64,000 nucleotides of DNA from Schmidtea polychroa. Taxonomy: Eukaryota. The notes beneath the pieces are model-generated. The model was not told the origin of the DNA. It saw only the letters and a list, made by a program, of their open reading frames with translations, and made no database searches. Shown piece by piece: positions 1 to 14,199 of this stretch (the first letter of the stretch is position 1; each line of letters opens with the position of its first letter). The DNA lies in NCBI GenBank assembly GCA_044892525.1, contig CM097886.1, positions 129,270,001-129,334,000 on the forward strand, read 5' to 3'. The position numbers and the translations under genes were made by a program.

Positions 1-435
1 CAAAACCAATTAGGTCAAAAATGGGACAATTACAACGATTATGGGAGTATATAAGGAAACTCAACATTCACATAATCGGCGGTAGCCTGTAGGGAAGAAG
101 AAATAGACGATAGAATTTCGAGGAATAAAATAAAAGAAGAAAAGAATTATAAGAGGAATCGAGGAGTCGGAAAGGAATATTAAAAGAGTTCGAATCAGAG
201 AGTGGAATCAAGCAAAAAGGTGAAACTTAATTTTAAATCGTACAAGGTTGAGATCTTCAGAGCGGAGTCCGATCTGAAATTGTGTGAGAATTGTGATTAA
301 CCAACAGTGTGATTAATTGTTGAGAGTTGTGAATTGTTATTAAACAAATATACGTTGGGAGTTTGTGTTTATTGATTTTGGAACACGTGGAGTCAGAGTA
401 ACCAACGGTTGATTTTGATATCATAAAACCCAACA
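1..435 (+). mobile_element. 3' part of an LTR-like element ending in CCCAACA
   Basis: CCAAT (6-10), AGTATATAAGG TATA box (~47-57), AATAAA (~125) and terminus CCCAACA at 429-435. Its reverse-complement end (TGTTGGGTTT...TCTGACTCC) matches 39579-39630. Confidence 0.5.
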
Positions 436-590
436 TTATTATTATTATTATTTTTATTATTATTATTATCATTATTAATATTATTATTATTATTATTATT
501 TTCTAAGTTATTGCCAAAGTTATTTTGGAAGTTTTATTATTATTATTTTCAAAGTTATTTTCAAAGTTTTATTACTATTATTATTATTAT
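436..590. repeat. (ATT)n microsatellite / low-complexity tract
   Basis: Visible ATT triplet run, interrupted around 500-570. Confidence 0.9.
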
Positions 591-2422
591 CAGTGCTTTT
601 ATTCTGGGAAAAAGGTGCCGGAACGTTTCTGCACTATTCTTTATATGCAAAAAAATGACGCTGAAATTATGCAGGACACAAAATATACACTTATTCATTA
701 TTAGTAACTTATTATCGATAAATTTTATAATGTAGAAAAAATGTAAAGAAAATGAAATCGTTGTTTATAGCAAATTCCATAATTTTTTCCAATTTTCGTC
801 AGACAAATCATCTCGACTCCTTTCCTTGCTCTTAATGTCTACAGCAGAATGTCTTCTCCGAAGTAATCATAAATCAACATACTTCGAAGGATCGAAGCGC
901 GTGAGAGGGGTTCCACTAATCTGATGAATAACAGTGCTGAAACTGTTTTGGTCATCAACGAAGCTTTGCTATTCTTTGATTTGCCATATAAAGATCTAAA
1001 TTGCGCTCTTGAAGATCCAAGCTCAGCTCTGATAATTCATGAAGAGCACCACACATCAACCCTAGATCCAGTAAAAATTCCGTCGTTGTAATTTTCTTTT
1101 TTAAACCATCATACATGCATTTATCATTTTTGTTCCTTGTTGGATCAACCATCGCTTGTTCAAAATGATTCACCAGTGCTTCATAGTTCTCCCATACTGC
1201 AAAAACTGTATGGAACCTAGATGACACCCATCTTGTATTTAAAATTCGACCAATTTTCAGCAGTTCAACTTCAAATATTTCCGCACATGAATGTAACTCT
1301 CTGCTATTTTTTGGAGAAGCATGATACACGACGTAAAGCTTATCAAGAAATGATTTAAACCTATTGATTCCTGGAACCTGTTTCACAGTATTACCTACTG
1401 ATAATTCCAGTCTATGATTAGCACAATGCCAAACTATAACAGAAGGAAATCTTTCAGTGAGCAGTTTCTTAACCCCACTTTGGCACCCTAACATAACTGC
1501 TTCGCCATCACATGCCAGAGAAACTAAATAGTTCTGCAAGTATTCTTCTGTCATCTCATAAGAATGAAGACATTCCATTAAAGCTTCAAATACTCCTTTA
1601 GCCGTAACGGTTTCTAAAAATAAATGTATTGGTGAATCCATTCCACTGCCTTCTACAAAACTTCGAACGTACACTATAAGTGTCGATTTTTGGCTTATAG
1701 TTGTTGTCTCATCAATCATTATTGAAATCTTACTTTTTGATTTCACTATTTCTTCAGCCATTTTTTTTCATTTCGTTGCTTATATGATTCACAATATTAA
1801 TGCATGCGTTTGTAGAATGAAGAATTCGACCCATTTCAACTCCGTTCATTTCCTGCAGATCAACTTCCATTTCAAAGTTATTAAAGGATTGATTTAGTTT
1901 TGCAACTTTATATGCAGTTCAAAAAATATTTGCTGTTAAAATTTTCTTACGCGTTATAGACTTTAAAATAATGTTCTCAAGAGTCTCCTTTTCAGCTTCT
2001 GCAACCATCTTTAATGCAGCTTTATGTCCAGCAGATTCTTTGTGATCAAATATTTTTTTCCGCAGCGACGTCAGCTGTTGCCTCCTATCTTCACCATAAT
2101 GAGATATCTCATTATTGACCAATTCCTTTGATATTTTCATGCCCATCATGGCTTGAACGCCAAGTGTTCCAACATTTTGGCAGGTTATGCAGCCAAGCTT
2201 CTTGTCTTTAAAACAGAGCCATTCGTTTTTTGAACAAAAATAAGTTTTTTGCTCCAATATCCAACAACTTGGCCATTCGTTATTGGTGTACTCGTCTGCA
2301 TGAAGTATATGCGAGTCCGATGCCGTAATTTCGATTTCCTCTGTTGCCTTAAGATCTGTCCTGATCTTTTCCTTGGCCGGAGAACCAGCTGAAAAATAGC
2401 TGGTGAGTTTTTTCATTTTCAC
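591..2422 (-). mobile_element. hAT transposon relic with fragmented KIAA1586/ZNF862-like transposase
   Basis: ORFs 1919-2422 (WLCFKDKKLGCITC) and 955-1761 (IMIDETT, LACDGEAVMLG, WHCANHRLEL, NTRWVSS) are hAT transposase motifs. A TIR-like CAGTGCTTTT...GGTGCCGGAACG starts at 591. The opposite end was not found. Confidence 0.8.
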
Positions 2423-5400
2423 AAATGTACTAATTTTTATATGATTGGATAATTAAAAAATTAAATTTTTATATTTATTAAATTATAATTTTTGAATTTT
2501 CTAAAATTTTATTTAATTATTTAATAGAATTCTATTGACAATTAATAATTTATTAATATTTAAATTTTTTTATATTTTTACATTTTAAAATTTTTTTTAA
2601 TTTAAAAATTAAAAAATTTAATTTAAAAATAAAGTATATAAATAAAATTATTGGTTATATTAATAGAAATAATAAAAAGGTATTTTAAAATTTTAAAAGT
2701 AAATGTAAATATGTATATTTGTTTTTATCATGTTGGCTATTTCTATATAAAAAATAATTTTAGATTCCAAATTAATTTACTTTTGTTAATTAATATAAAT
2801 CGTGAATATTTCTCACTAACCCATAAATACCCTACCATTCTTAAAAGATAATCATTAATAAATTAAAAGTTTTAATATATTTAGTTATTTATTTTACTAT
2901 AAAATATAAAATTTTTAATTGTCCTTTCAATCTTTCCTAAACATATTTGTAAAAATAATTTCATGATATTCAATCTTATTCATTTACACAAACTGCAATG
3001 TCTTTTTTAGAACATGACTATATGTTTTGTATTTTTAACAATTTAATCACAATTTAATTTCACTTGTCTTATTTCCAAACAAAACCCAACAAATTTTTTT
3101 ATTTTCAAATTAAGTTTCCATTGACTGACGAAAATACATTAACAATTGTCATCCTAATAAAACAATATAATCCAATAACATGTCTTTTTTGCGGATGTAT
3201 GCATTTATTTTATAAATGACATAGAGATAAATTTTTATCTGACGTCGCATATGTTTTGATTGACTGCAAGCTATTAACAAATGACCCCGGTACTCATAAA
3301 AAATGCAATATAAACCTTTAAATCACCTAAGTTTATTTGTCATATTTCTTAAATAATGATATACAAAGTCACCTATATTTCCAATTCGCCTTACCTACCT
3401 TTAAATTATTATAGATTATTCACAAAACATACAATTCTCCCAAATAGTATAATGCCTCTTAAAGCTAGTGATACAAGCAATAAATTCTCAAATATTATCA
3501 AAAATATTCTTAAATTACTCAAAATTCGTCATTATATTCTAAACTTAATATACAAAGATCTTCAATACATCTTAGCCCATTTTATCATTTACTCTCAAAT
3601 TACCCCAAAACTTAAAGTTCCTTAAAGATAATATATTGTTTTAAATAACAAAACAAATATAATTAATTATCATAAAGATCAAAATCCAATAGTTAATTTA
3701 TATTCCAAACTCTCTTAATTTGAACAAATTACTCTAAATCAGTGGTCTTCAAACTTCAAAAGCTCGCGGAACCTTTTTTATCCCCTTCTATAACAACTGT
3801 TTCATACGCTTGTCTCTGCATTTTCCTTCTTGCCACTCATCTCATCCTTTCAATTGAAAATCTTTCATCATAATATCGATTCTACCTAAGACATAAATAA
3901 CCGTGCTCCTTCGAAGTCTAATCTGTTACTGAAATGGGAAGATGCAAAAATAACTGGGTAAACATAATGAAATTTATCGGCTTTTGAAAGATAAATATGA
4001 AAAATAAATTATATAACAAAGAATTTTCAAATTCACAAATCGAATATATTTATTTATTTGGATGTGAAATCTTATGAACTCGAATGGTAATCTTTTCTAT
4101 CGATTAATGCTTCTTTAAATGATTGCTCTCTTGGCCCGAATTGTTTCGAGTTTTCTTGTAATTTGTAGATTTTTCCATTGATCAGTAGGATTTCCTTTCG
4201 TTTCTAGTTTGAATTTGGGATTTCAATTTTAGTGATTTCTTTTGTTTTTTTGTTTTGGTCCGGGGTGTAGCTTTCTAGGTTTTTTGTAGCTGTTGTTGTT
4301 GGTACTGAGATGTATTAATCCTTTAATACGAGTTAATTATTGTATGGTAGAGTTTGTTTCGGCTTTTGTATGTCTTCTATGATTTTTCTCAGCATTTGAT
4401 TTTTTGTCTGTAGTTCTGTATGAAACTTTTTTGAGTTCTTTTTGATGGGGATTTTATACCCGTTTAAGCTCAGGTGTGTAGAGGAAAAAACTGAGGTTTT
4501 TATTACTGTTTTATTAAACCAAAATCTCACTCTACGGGTGTCTCTGACTACCTAATAAATTGTTCTGGTTAAATCAATGTATGTACTTGATGAATCAGCC
4601 CTCCACTTCTGTATAAAAAATTGTTAACTTTATCAATGTCTATATTTAAACATTTGCTTTTTCTAAAAAATATAATTTTTAACTCTGATTTACTTGAATT
4701 TTTTTTGGGTTAAATCACTTCTGTTTTATAAATACTTTTTTTGGGGTTTCTTTCTTTGATTCTTTTTACAGCGAATTTCCATGATTTTTTTGAATTTTCA
4801 TTCGCCAAAATTTATTCATTTTTCCTCAATAAATATTTTGTACACTACTAAATCATTTGAATCGTTTTCCCATTACATTTTCGGTTTGCAATATTTCTTT
4901 TACCAGCATTATTCCAGCTTATTTTGAATTTTTTAATTTTTTTCATAATCTCAATTTGTTAATTGTTTGTTTCAATTGATGTTTCTATATTTTCATAATC
5001 TTATGATTTTTTTATTCGTTAATTATTTTATTTTATGCTTCGTTTTATTTATTTATATGTTTTATTTTATTCTCATTCTATTCCTATTTTTATCGTCTAA
5101 TTTATTCATTTCTTGCACTTTTCCTCTATTTGCCCTTTCTAAATTAAATTGTTATCATTCTCCCGCGATGTTTTTTCACTTCATTAAAGTAACCAAGTTA
5201 TGAATTAGTTGTTACCCAAAATTTGTTTGCTTGGAATGTACAAAGGTTGTTAAATGCTATTAAATTGTTGTGAATTAAAAAACCTGAAGAGAATAAAACT
5301 GGAATATAAGCCTTTCATTGGTAGTCTATATACCTTTGGTAAACGGGAGCATTAGCAATTCCAAACAGAAGCTCGCGCTTTACTAGTATCAGCCTATCTG

Positions 5401-6699
5401 GTACATTTCATTGTCTAGCAATGGTTATTAGATGGTGGAACAATGTTATATCGAATTGGAGAACTGACTAAAATAGTCATCGCTTTTTGTTCGGTTTTGT
5501 TAGTCATCGCTTTTTGTTCGGTTTTGTTAGTCATCGCAAAAACCAGCAGCTTAGCATTCTTTAGCACATCTATAGATAAGTTTGAAATAGAATATTTATC
5601 GTAACTTCACTTTTACTTGAATGAAGTGATTAATCATTTAAAATGTTTCTAAAGGTAGCCTGTGAACCATAAGTGCGCCCCATTGATGACAGTCTTGAAA
5701 TAGAAGCTCACCTTTGCTGGACGATCACTTACTCGCAACACAGTTCCTACGTTTCTTAGCAATAAGTGCCGAGTGGTAACGAAATCATTTCTTTAGGGTT
5801 ACTGCAGAAATGTATACAATCATTTGCTTGTTAAAGTTTGTGCAAAGTTTGCATTTATATTTTAATTGCTACTTTCCTTTCTTTGTTAAGAAAAGTGTTT
5901 ATAAAGCAATAGTGAAGAACCATGAGAATGTTAACTGATTTTTTTAATAAAATCTAATAAATTGCAAATTATAAAATTTATAAAGTTCAAATGCGTTATA
6001 AATTGACACTATGTTCTTATATAATTGAAATTTGTAAAATTTATTAGAAATGTAAATAAAATTGAAAATTAAAGATTACTTGTTTTAATAACTAATTAAA
6101 TTCTGAGTTATTAAAATTTTAAATCATTTCTTGAGAAATATTAAATTTTACAAATTTCATATAAATTTCAAAGTAAGCTTTATGTTATGAATGGAATTTT
6201 GAAATGATTTTAAATTTTCTTAGTTTTTTCAATATTACATTGTTATTTTTTTAATTGCTTAGTTTATTTTGAATTAATTTGAGTGCAATTGATTCAGTTT
6301 TCTAATAAAATTAGGTCTTTAATTACATCTGATTAAATGGAATATAGTAATTTATAATACATCTATAATGCATTTATAATAATATTTTAGAATGACTGAT
6401 AAGTAAGATTATTTAAAATTTAATTAAAAATTTAAATGTTGAATCTATAAAATTATTAATTCATTATTAAAGTTTTTAATATTAATTTTATACAACTTTT
6501 TCTATTATAGTTAAGTTTTCTACAATTTTCCAAATTCATGAATTAAATTTTGAAATTATTTAGATCTAAAGTGAGTTCAATTTAAAATTATATATTATTT
6601 ACCAAACAAAAATAATTACCAAAGATTTCTATTTTTACAACATTTAGGGAAAAATGATGAACATAGTTTATTTAAATTTTAATATTTTTTTCATGAGCT

Positions 6700-7400
6700 G
6701 ACTTTCCAGAGCCTCATTCAGAAGTTCAAATCCGGTTGGGAAAGAGATTGAGCTGAAACCATTTGTTCTTAATATAATCTTCCGGGTGCTGAGTTTGATT
6801 ATGCTGAACATGCTTTCTATTGGTTTCAGAAACGGTTGTATGGTGGCAAGTGTTCAATATAATTATTGAAATAATAATTATCACGAATGAGACGATATCC
6901 CATACATTGCAATTTAGATGCCATTTAATTTCAATCCTTTTTGCAGGATCCTAAAACTAATTTTTAGTGTATTGACCTTTTTAGGGCAACAGCTGAAGCT
7001 AGTGACATGTTTTGCCTTCAATTACTTGAAACTAATGTATATTATTTCATTTCCGAAGGTATAGCTAATCCAGGTGTTAAAGCGACATTTATTTATTTCT
7101 ATAAGTTTTCATAGCCTTACAGTTCTTCTAAGAATATCGTCACATACTCCATTCTAATTTCCAAGATGCAATTCGAATTTCGTTCTGCGACACAGTCTTA
7201 CTTTTTATAGGAAATTATTTGACTCTGCAAAAATCCGAAAATAGTTGATTTTGAGACAATGCAATTTCGCATTTCACGGAGGCGTAAATATTGGACCCGA
7301 CAAAATCTAACAATTAATTTTTCTACTAAATATTATTTGGATGCGACTTTTCTAACTCACTTTGAGTTATCGAGCTTCCCATAATTAGAGCTTATTTCGT
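6700..7400 (-). mobile_element. Degenerate Tc1/IS630-family transposase
   Basis: Manual minus-strand translation gives LPPYNRFLKPIESMFSIIK (LPPYSPxLNPIE motif, ~6790-6850) and an AERNSNCILEIRMEY segment, with many stops. Confidence 0.55.
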
Positions 7401-7559
7401 GTCAAAACATTTGAATTTATAATATTGATCTTTAATTGCGAATTTTGACTGTAGTCAGAGGTACAAATAATACAAAATTTCAACAGAACAATTGTTCAAT
7501 AATATAATAATGCAACGGGTACTCACCTTTTCAGACAATTAGAACCGGTATATCTTGAT

Positions 7560-7850
7560 AACCTCCTGTGTTTAATAGCATTCTTAAATCTTCAGATGTA
7601 CAGAACTTGTTGAAAGGAATGTCATCTTTTGCAATCATTCTAGAGAGTACATCTTCAAGAGATTCGTCATTTTTTTTGAAATAAGAGGTGATTTTTTCTC
7701 TTTTATCAGCCGCTGGTTCTTTTATGCATTCTTCATTAGTTCTTTTTAATACACTGATTTTATGTTGACAATTTAGATGGCTATGTAAACCACTAGTACT
7801 TCCATCTACAGTTTTTATTCTTTTTATTGCTCTGTTTACATACAGCTACA
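7560..7850 (-). mobile_element. BED-finger hAT transposase N-terminal relic
   Basis: Minus-strand translation GSTSGLHSHLNCQH...KITSYF...LSRMIAKDDIPFNKFCTSEDLR resembles the BED finger and DNA-binding region of Ac/Hermes-type transposases. Confidence 0.5.
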
Positions 7851-9093
7851 TCTTTTGTTTCTGTACGATTAAAATAGTACCAAAACTGGTATACTTATGA
7901 GAATAGGATATTAAAATGTATTAATAAGGATTTTGGTCGACAATCAATCTTGTATTAAATTCAATTGAACTAATAAGAAATTCTGATTGATAAAATTGAT
8001 TAAAAAATGTTAATAAATAGAAAACTATTAGTTAATAAAGCTATTTCTGTGTCATTATTAGAAGTTCTAATTATTTAAAATTGTTTTTAGAAGTAAATAA
8101 AAACTGCGGTGTTAATGCTTATTATTAAAGAAATTTAGTTTGATTTTATACAATTTAGAAGTTAATCAAATGCTTTTACGTTAAAATTAAAACTATTAAA
8201 AACATGCAGTTACTCGATTTGGTAAGTGGCACGTTAATATTAAATGTAATAGCATAATAGTAGAATAAAAACTTACTTTAGCTTTCAAAACTCGCACAAA
8301 ATACAAACAAATTAAAATTTGATGGAGTTAATTGGTTTTATTATATATATACTCGGAGTTTATCCGACAGGATGTTTTGACCCCCATTTGGTATTGCTCA
8401 CAAGGGTACTGCTCACATTCAACATGTAGTAAGGGTACTGATACTGAAATTATTATATAAATTCTTGTGAGAAGTGGCAAGGAGGAAATATCCAGGGGAA
8501 AAAAGACTGGGGGTAAATGTTGAAATTTCTGAATGTTTCTTTTACGTGGAGAGAACTCTTAAATGATAAATAAGAAACAAACGCGGTAACGATCACCAGA
8601 TGTTAGAAATGATATATATCCGAAATTTTCGATGTATTTCCACTTCCACATTCTATATATCAAATGACGTTTCAATTGAAATGTAATAGATTTAAGAGCG
8701 AATTTATCATCCGTTTGTAAAAGCCCATTTAAATTAACTTGAAAGACATTAGCACATTACATATATATTCAAATAACGAGACCTCAACAGTATCAATGTC
8801 GCTTGTGTCGGGCATCTAGTGGCCGAATAAAATAATTATGCACGGTTGCTAGTAGAAAGTGAAACATAGCAAAAGTAGAGGAGATAAACTTGTAAAAATA
8901 AAAGATTCTCCCTCAGTTAACACCAATCTATATACTTAATCCTATCCCAACACACTCTTCACATAATTAGTATTAATGTCTTTCATCAATCGGAGTATAG
9001 GGAAGTATAAACGCTCAATCTTAGTACATACTTTTGTATCATCAATTCTCTATTGTCATTTAATGATTGTTAGTGAGCACAATACAAGCTGTA

Positions 9094-9298
9094 GGAGAAA
9101 TATATCTAATTTTAAAATTATATTAAAAAATTTCAATAATTATTAGGAACGTCTAATTTGTTTAGCTTTATTGATAAAGTCATGAATACGAAAATAGATG
9201 TGCAGAATGCAGTGAATAGTTATGTTTTAAATATTTTATATAAAGTACAAATAATTATTAAAAAATAGCTCGGTTAAACAAAATTGATATATTTCTCC
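9094..9298. mobile_element. Tc1/mariner-type MITE
   Basis: Inverted repeat GGAGAAATATATC / GATATATTTCTCC, with TA on both sides (9092-93, 9299-9300). No coding capacity. Confidence 0.6.
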
Positions 9299-9434
9299 TA
9301 CTTAATTCGTACAATTTAATTCGCGTTGGATTTCAAAAAAAATTTCAATAATTTAACACACAAAATCATCATTTCAGAAATATTAATGTTATAATAAACA
9401 CGGTAGATTGAATTTATTGAAATTTTTGTCTCAC

Positions 9435-9784
9435 CTATCAAAGCTAAAATTAATGGGGATTATAATTACGTTGTCAGTGATCAATCTCAGGTCATTCGAT
9501 AGGTCAGTGTGGCAAAAAGTAACGTGTTGTGTCAATTGCTGCCGACAACTCATCGTCAACTGGCACCCCAAGCACCCGTATATAAAATCTGCCCCCTGTC
9601 TACGAATTGTAAACTTCTTATCGAGGACCGAGTTGAGTAGCCCAACCAGGTCGTCATAGAATTCAAGTTGTCCTTCGACCGAACATAAAATTTGCAAAAG
9701 AGATGTCGAGTAATTTATGCGGAATTCTGTGACGACCTGGTGGACATGAGACTGATTGTGTATTTGTATTGATGTAGTAGGTAG
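9435..9784 (-). CDS. Candidate internal exon encoding a C2H2 zinc finger
   Basis: Open frame containing YGCLGCQLTMSCRQQLTQHVTFCH (C-x2-C-x12-H-x4-H spacing). It is bounded by a CATAG| acceptor (9785-86) and a |GTGAG donor (9433-34), and is GC-richer than its flanks. Partner exons were not identified. Confidence 0.45.
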
Positions 9785-10029
9785 CTATGTGCACTTCAGA
9801 TCCAGATACCCCCTCCCCCTAAATTTTTAAAAAAGACCCCCTACCTTTTTTTAAATTAAAATTTTTGTTTTAATTATCGGTTACGTAATAATTTTACTGT
9901 CTTGTTTCAATCATCGATTACGTAATATTTTTGTTTTAATTATTGATTAGATAATATTTTAATTTGCTTTATTCGTCGATTATGTAACATTTTAAACTTT
10001 TTAAAAACATTGATTACGTCATTGATTTT

Positions 10030-10300
10030 AATTTTTTATAAGAATATTTTATGTCAATATACTTGAAATTTAATTCTCTGTTTAATGAGACTATGATGTA
10101 ATCAAAATTCTGAAATTTCATTTTTAGTACACCATTTTTGAATTTACACATCTTTTTAAACAAATTGAGATATTTTCACTCAAACAATATATAGATAGAA
10201 TTTTAATCTCTATAAAATGACATCATTATTTACTTCAAATTCATAATCATAACACCTTAAACAATGCATTTTCAGCCAACTTTTACACACACACACATAT
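10030..10300. repeat. Interspersed repeat, inverted homolog at ~45225-45470
   Basis: Shared blocks AATGACATCATTATTTA.TTCAA and TTTTCAGCCAACTTTTACA(CA)n appear reverse-complemented at 45225-45470. Confidence 0.7.
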
Positions 10301-10385
10301 ATATATATATATATTTTCAACTTTTAAAAAATACAAATTATTCATATATACTTAATTCATTTCGATAGTAAATAATTATATTAAA

Positions 10386-10529
10386 NNNNNNNNNNNNNNN
10401 NNNNNNNNNNNNNNNNNNNNNNNNNNNNNNNNNNNNNNNNNNNNNNNNNNNNNNNNNNNNNNNNNNNNNNNNNNNNNNNNNNNNNNNNNNNNNNNNNNNN
10501 NNNNNNNNNNNNNNNNNNNNNNNNNNNNN
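10386..10529. other. Assembly gap (others at 41397-41549, 42425-42559, 44692-44831, 48151-48357)
   Basis: Runs of N. Confidence 1.
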
Positions 10530-10590
10530 AGATATTTTGTCCCTCTAAGGGTATTGCTCACAAGGGTACTACTCACACTCAATATTTTAG
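10530..10590. repeat. Short interspersed motif GGTATTGCTCACAAGGGTACT, also at ~8370-8425 and inverted at ~16750-16810
   Basis: Direct sequence match between the three sites. Confidence 0.65.
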
Positions 10591-13269
10591 ATTTCAAAAT
10601 CCTGTTCCCACAAAAAACCTATATAATAATGTATTTCATAAAATAGCATTGTAATAGCTAGAATTGGTGACATTTATTCACGATTATTGTGAGGTAACTT
10701 AATGTCTGCTCCTTCCATGGTAATTCTTATTGTTCGCATGTTTTCATGTAAATAGTTAACCCTAAATTATTCCAACACATTTCTTTCTTTTTCAATTAAA
10801 TTAATTATTTGCGGTGTAAAGCTGTCCTCAAATAAGTTGGCATTATGCAAATGGTAAAGCTAGTGTCAAGTTGACCTATTTTGTTTAATATTGTACTCGT
10901 ATATTGTTTAATCAAGAATATTAACCCAGTTAAGTTATATATCGGTTCTCTCATGATCTCCATATGAGCAACTCTTTTATAAAATGAATTCTTATCTGAA
11001 CGCGATGAAAACGAAATTAAAAAGATCTTGAACTTCTTATTTCGATTATTAATTTAATGATTATTTATATATTATTAAATAAATAAATTTATTATCTGAC
11101 ATTTTTATTATCTACAACAATAATTCAATAATAGAATAATAAATACAATAATACTATAATATAATATTATAATTCAATAATCTAATAATACAATATATCG
11201 TGGGAGAGCTACCCGCACAGCAAGCTAATAATCAGAAGGATAGATGAATTGAAAGTGCAACATAGTATAAAATTTTATTCCATTTAACAGATTCGATAAT
11301 AAGATTTTCATTGCTATTTGCGATCCATGAGCTGGTTTGTATTCTGTTTCAAGTTGTTCAGTGAATTGGCTTTTTCGCTGTTGCTGCTGAATTTATTATT
11401 CACTTTGAAATCAGAATATGGTGGAATTTTGTCTGTTGCTGTTAGTAAGGTAGGCATGTTGCTTTTTTAAAATTTTATATTATTCAGACAAGTTACACTT
11501 GAATCAAATTTAATACGTAATCTAATATTAAATTTAATATAAAGAAAAATAGTGATTCAGCAGTGCTACACAATAATTCTATAATAGAATAATAAATACA
11601 ATAATACTATAATATAATATTATAATAATTAAATATAGCAGGTGTACTCAAATTTTCAGATTATTTAAACCATAATAATCTATAAAGCTACTTATTGAAG
11701 ATAATTTTTAAAAATAATTTTAGGTTTCCTAATGCAACAAGTTTAGACAGTAATTTTCAACGGAAATTTACATGGAGTCCACAGACCTTTTTAGAATGAA
11801 ACGAAATGATGCTATTGTATGCTCTGATATTTCTTGTAAATAATAGATTTTTGTATTAGATTCCTCAATCCATCTAGTCAAAGCATTTTATATTTTGAGC
11901 TATCTTATACAGACTTTTAATAGGTTTGTTAAGTGGGATACAACTAACAGAGCAAAATCTCTGACTCCAATATAAAATGCGTATAGGTTTAAATAATTAT
12001 TATTATATACTACAACACTTATAATTAACTAAAATGATAATCAAAAGAAAATGCTGTCCCTTACTATAGGAAAGAGAATCGGTTCTTCAAACCACCCTGA
12101 AGAATTATTTCTGAGATCAAGGCTGGTCCTAATATGAAACAACAGCCCGATATAGGTGTAAAAAAACAAGACGAGGTTGCTTCTCAAAATTTAAACCGCG
12201 ATATTACACAACCCAGAATATGGTTGTACTTTTCCTTACTACCATCTTCTGTTAATTAAAAACAAATAAGCAAAACAGTAATAATTTAACCGTAAAAACA
12301 TAGTTTTTAAAACTATATTTCGCTCTTAATTTTTATCAAAACTGAAATTTCAATATGCGTAATACTATGAAAGATTTAAGATTAAGCAAAATCACCTGGT
12401 TAAGAATTACTTATTTCATTTTATTTATATTTTGTTAAATTATTTACTTAAGTGTAGTCTAACTAAAATCACTTCGCTTCATTCACTTTAAATCAATCAC
12501 TGACATAAAATATTGCATATATTGTTCAGAATTTTTGTTTTCATTTTTTCACGGGTTAATTCATGTTTTCATCGGACAGACAATTTACGGCGCTAATATT
12601 TGCAGCACAGAGCCAGCTATTAACACATTTCAACTAGATCCTATCACAGTAAGTGGGTTAATTTTCCGTCGCAAAATTTGCGTGGCACAATCAATCAATC
12701 AAACGCGAAGTTTATATAGAGATAATAAAAAGTACTGGTGCTTAATAATTATCTTTGGTGTATGATTACGTTCTGCTTAATCCAAACCTCGAAACGGTTA
12801 AATGGATAAATTAGATTTGATAGCTTTCTTTTTAAAAGTGCTCGACAAATAATTCCAATTCTGATTTATCAATAATTCCTATTCTGATCGAAAAATAATT
12901 CTAAGTCTGACTGTCAAATAATTCTACGCTGCCTATTAATTTTTGAATAGAAATCTCCAAATTTATTAATTGCTGTATAATCAAATCTTATATTTCTCTC
13001 CCATTTCTTCAATTTGATATATAAATAAATAAAATAACCAAAAATATTTAATTACTATAAATAATTATATTTTATTATCAGGATTAATTAAATGATTGGT
13101 ATTTTAAATAAAATGATCAGTATTTTTTTATTTAAATGATTAGTATTTTCAAGACAATTAAAAAAGACGAATGCAATATTTTTCAAATTTTTAACTAAAG
13201 TAATAGATAGATAAATAAATATATAGACAAACTTTCACACTTAAAATATATATATATATATATATATTC

Positions 13270-13870
13270 AATCGTCAATAAGAGCTTTCGTTAACTTATT
13301 TGGCCTTCCTCTTTTACGTTTTTTTCTATTGGCACTTGTTTGGCAGCTGCTGGAGGTTTGATATATTTTAAACTAATTGACATATATTCTTTTTAGAAAA
13401 CGTGGACATGTACAACTTCCTCTCCTTTTGACGCTCATGTCACCATCATTTGGTACATTGACAAACCAAGCAGAAAAAGCTCTTTTCTTGAACTGATCAA
13501 ACGTCTCAATCTCATCTCGATTACGTTTTGAATTTGGTCTTCTGTAACTTCTTCTTTATTTCCTGCTGGGCAAGAATACTACAGAATTTTCACGTTCTAT
13601 TGAAGTGACTTGTTTTTTACTCTTTGCCCAATGATAACCTTCTGTCCATTGTTTTAGATTAATTGTTACTGAATCAATTAATTGCTTGTTGTTGTTTGTA
13701 TATTGCTTTGACCATTTATCAACAGAATCTAAGCATTGTTTGTAAAAATCGTGATAATGGCATTCTTTAAACTTTTATTCTTTCTTGATGACTAGATTGT
13801 TCGATTCTGGTGCATTTATTTGTGATGGTGTGTTTGTAGCAATTCCTTCAAACCAATTTCGATGCGATGA
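13270..13870 (-). mobile_element. MULE/Mutator-like transposase C-terminal relic with SWIM finger
   Basis: Manual translation gives NWFEGIATNTPSQINAPESNNLVIKKE, ETFDQFKKRAFSAWFV, SCTCPRFLK and KPPAAAKQVPIEK-RKRGRP. It is frameshifted. Confidence 0.6.
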
Positions 13871-14199
13871 TAATCGATAATCATGTAATCGATAAATTTG
13901 TTTGTTGTAGGTAGTTAGTAGCCAATGCAGCTCGACCATCCGGTGTATCCCCCCCTAAAAAAAATTGCTGCAGTAGCCATTTTTGTGTTTATTGGTTACA
14001 TAATTGCTGCAGAGGGCTACGCTTATTTTCCTGGGATTTTCAATACAAAAAAGCCAAAAAAAAATCAAATTTTATTTTATGAAATTCAACTGGCCGGTCA
14101 AGGCTGAAGGCGAGAATTTCTCACTCTTATTTATTCTAAGGCTTTTATTTTCAAATCTTATGAACGCTAGAGCATGAGCTCAAAGCGTTAAACGTGGTT

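Noticed and set aside
257-735. ORFs 257-472 and 511-735
   Set aside because: Their Ile-rich starts come from the (ATT)n microsatellite and no protein motif is present.
5473-5536. 27-bp tandem duplication
   Set aside because: Only about 2.4 units with no associated feature, consistent with ordinary slippage.
11118-11625. ~55-bp direct repeats (11118-11173, 11571-11625) as mini-LTRs
   Set aside because: They are very low-complexity A/T sequence with no TG/CA ends, PBS, PPT or TSD.
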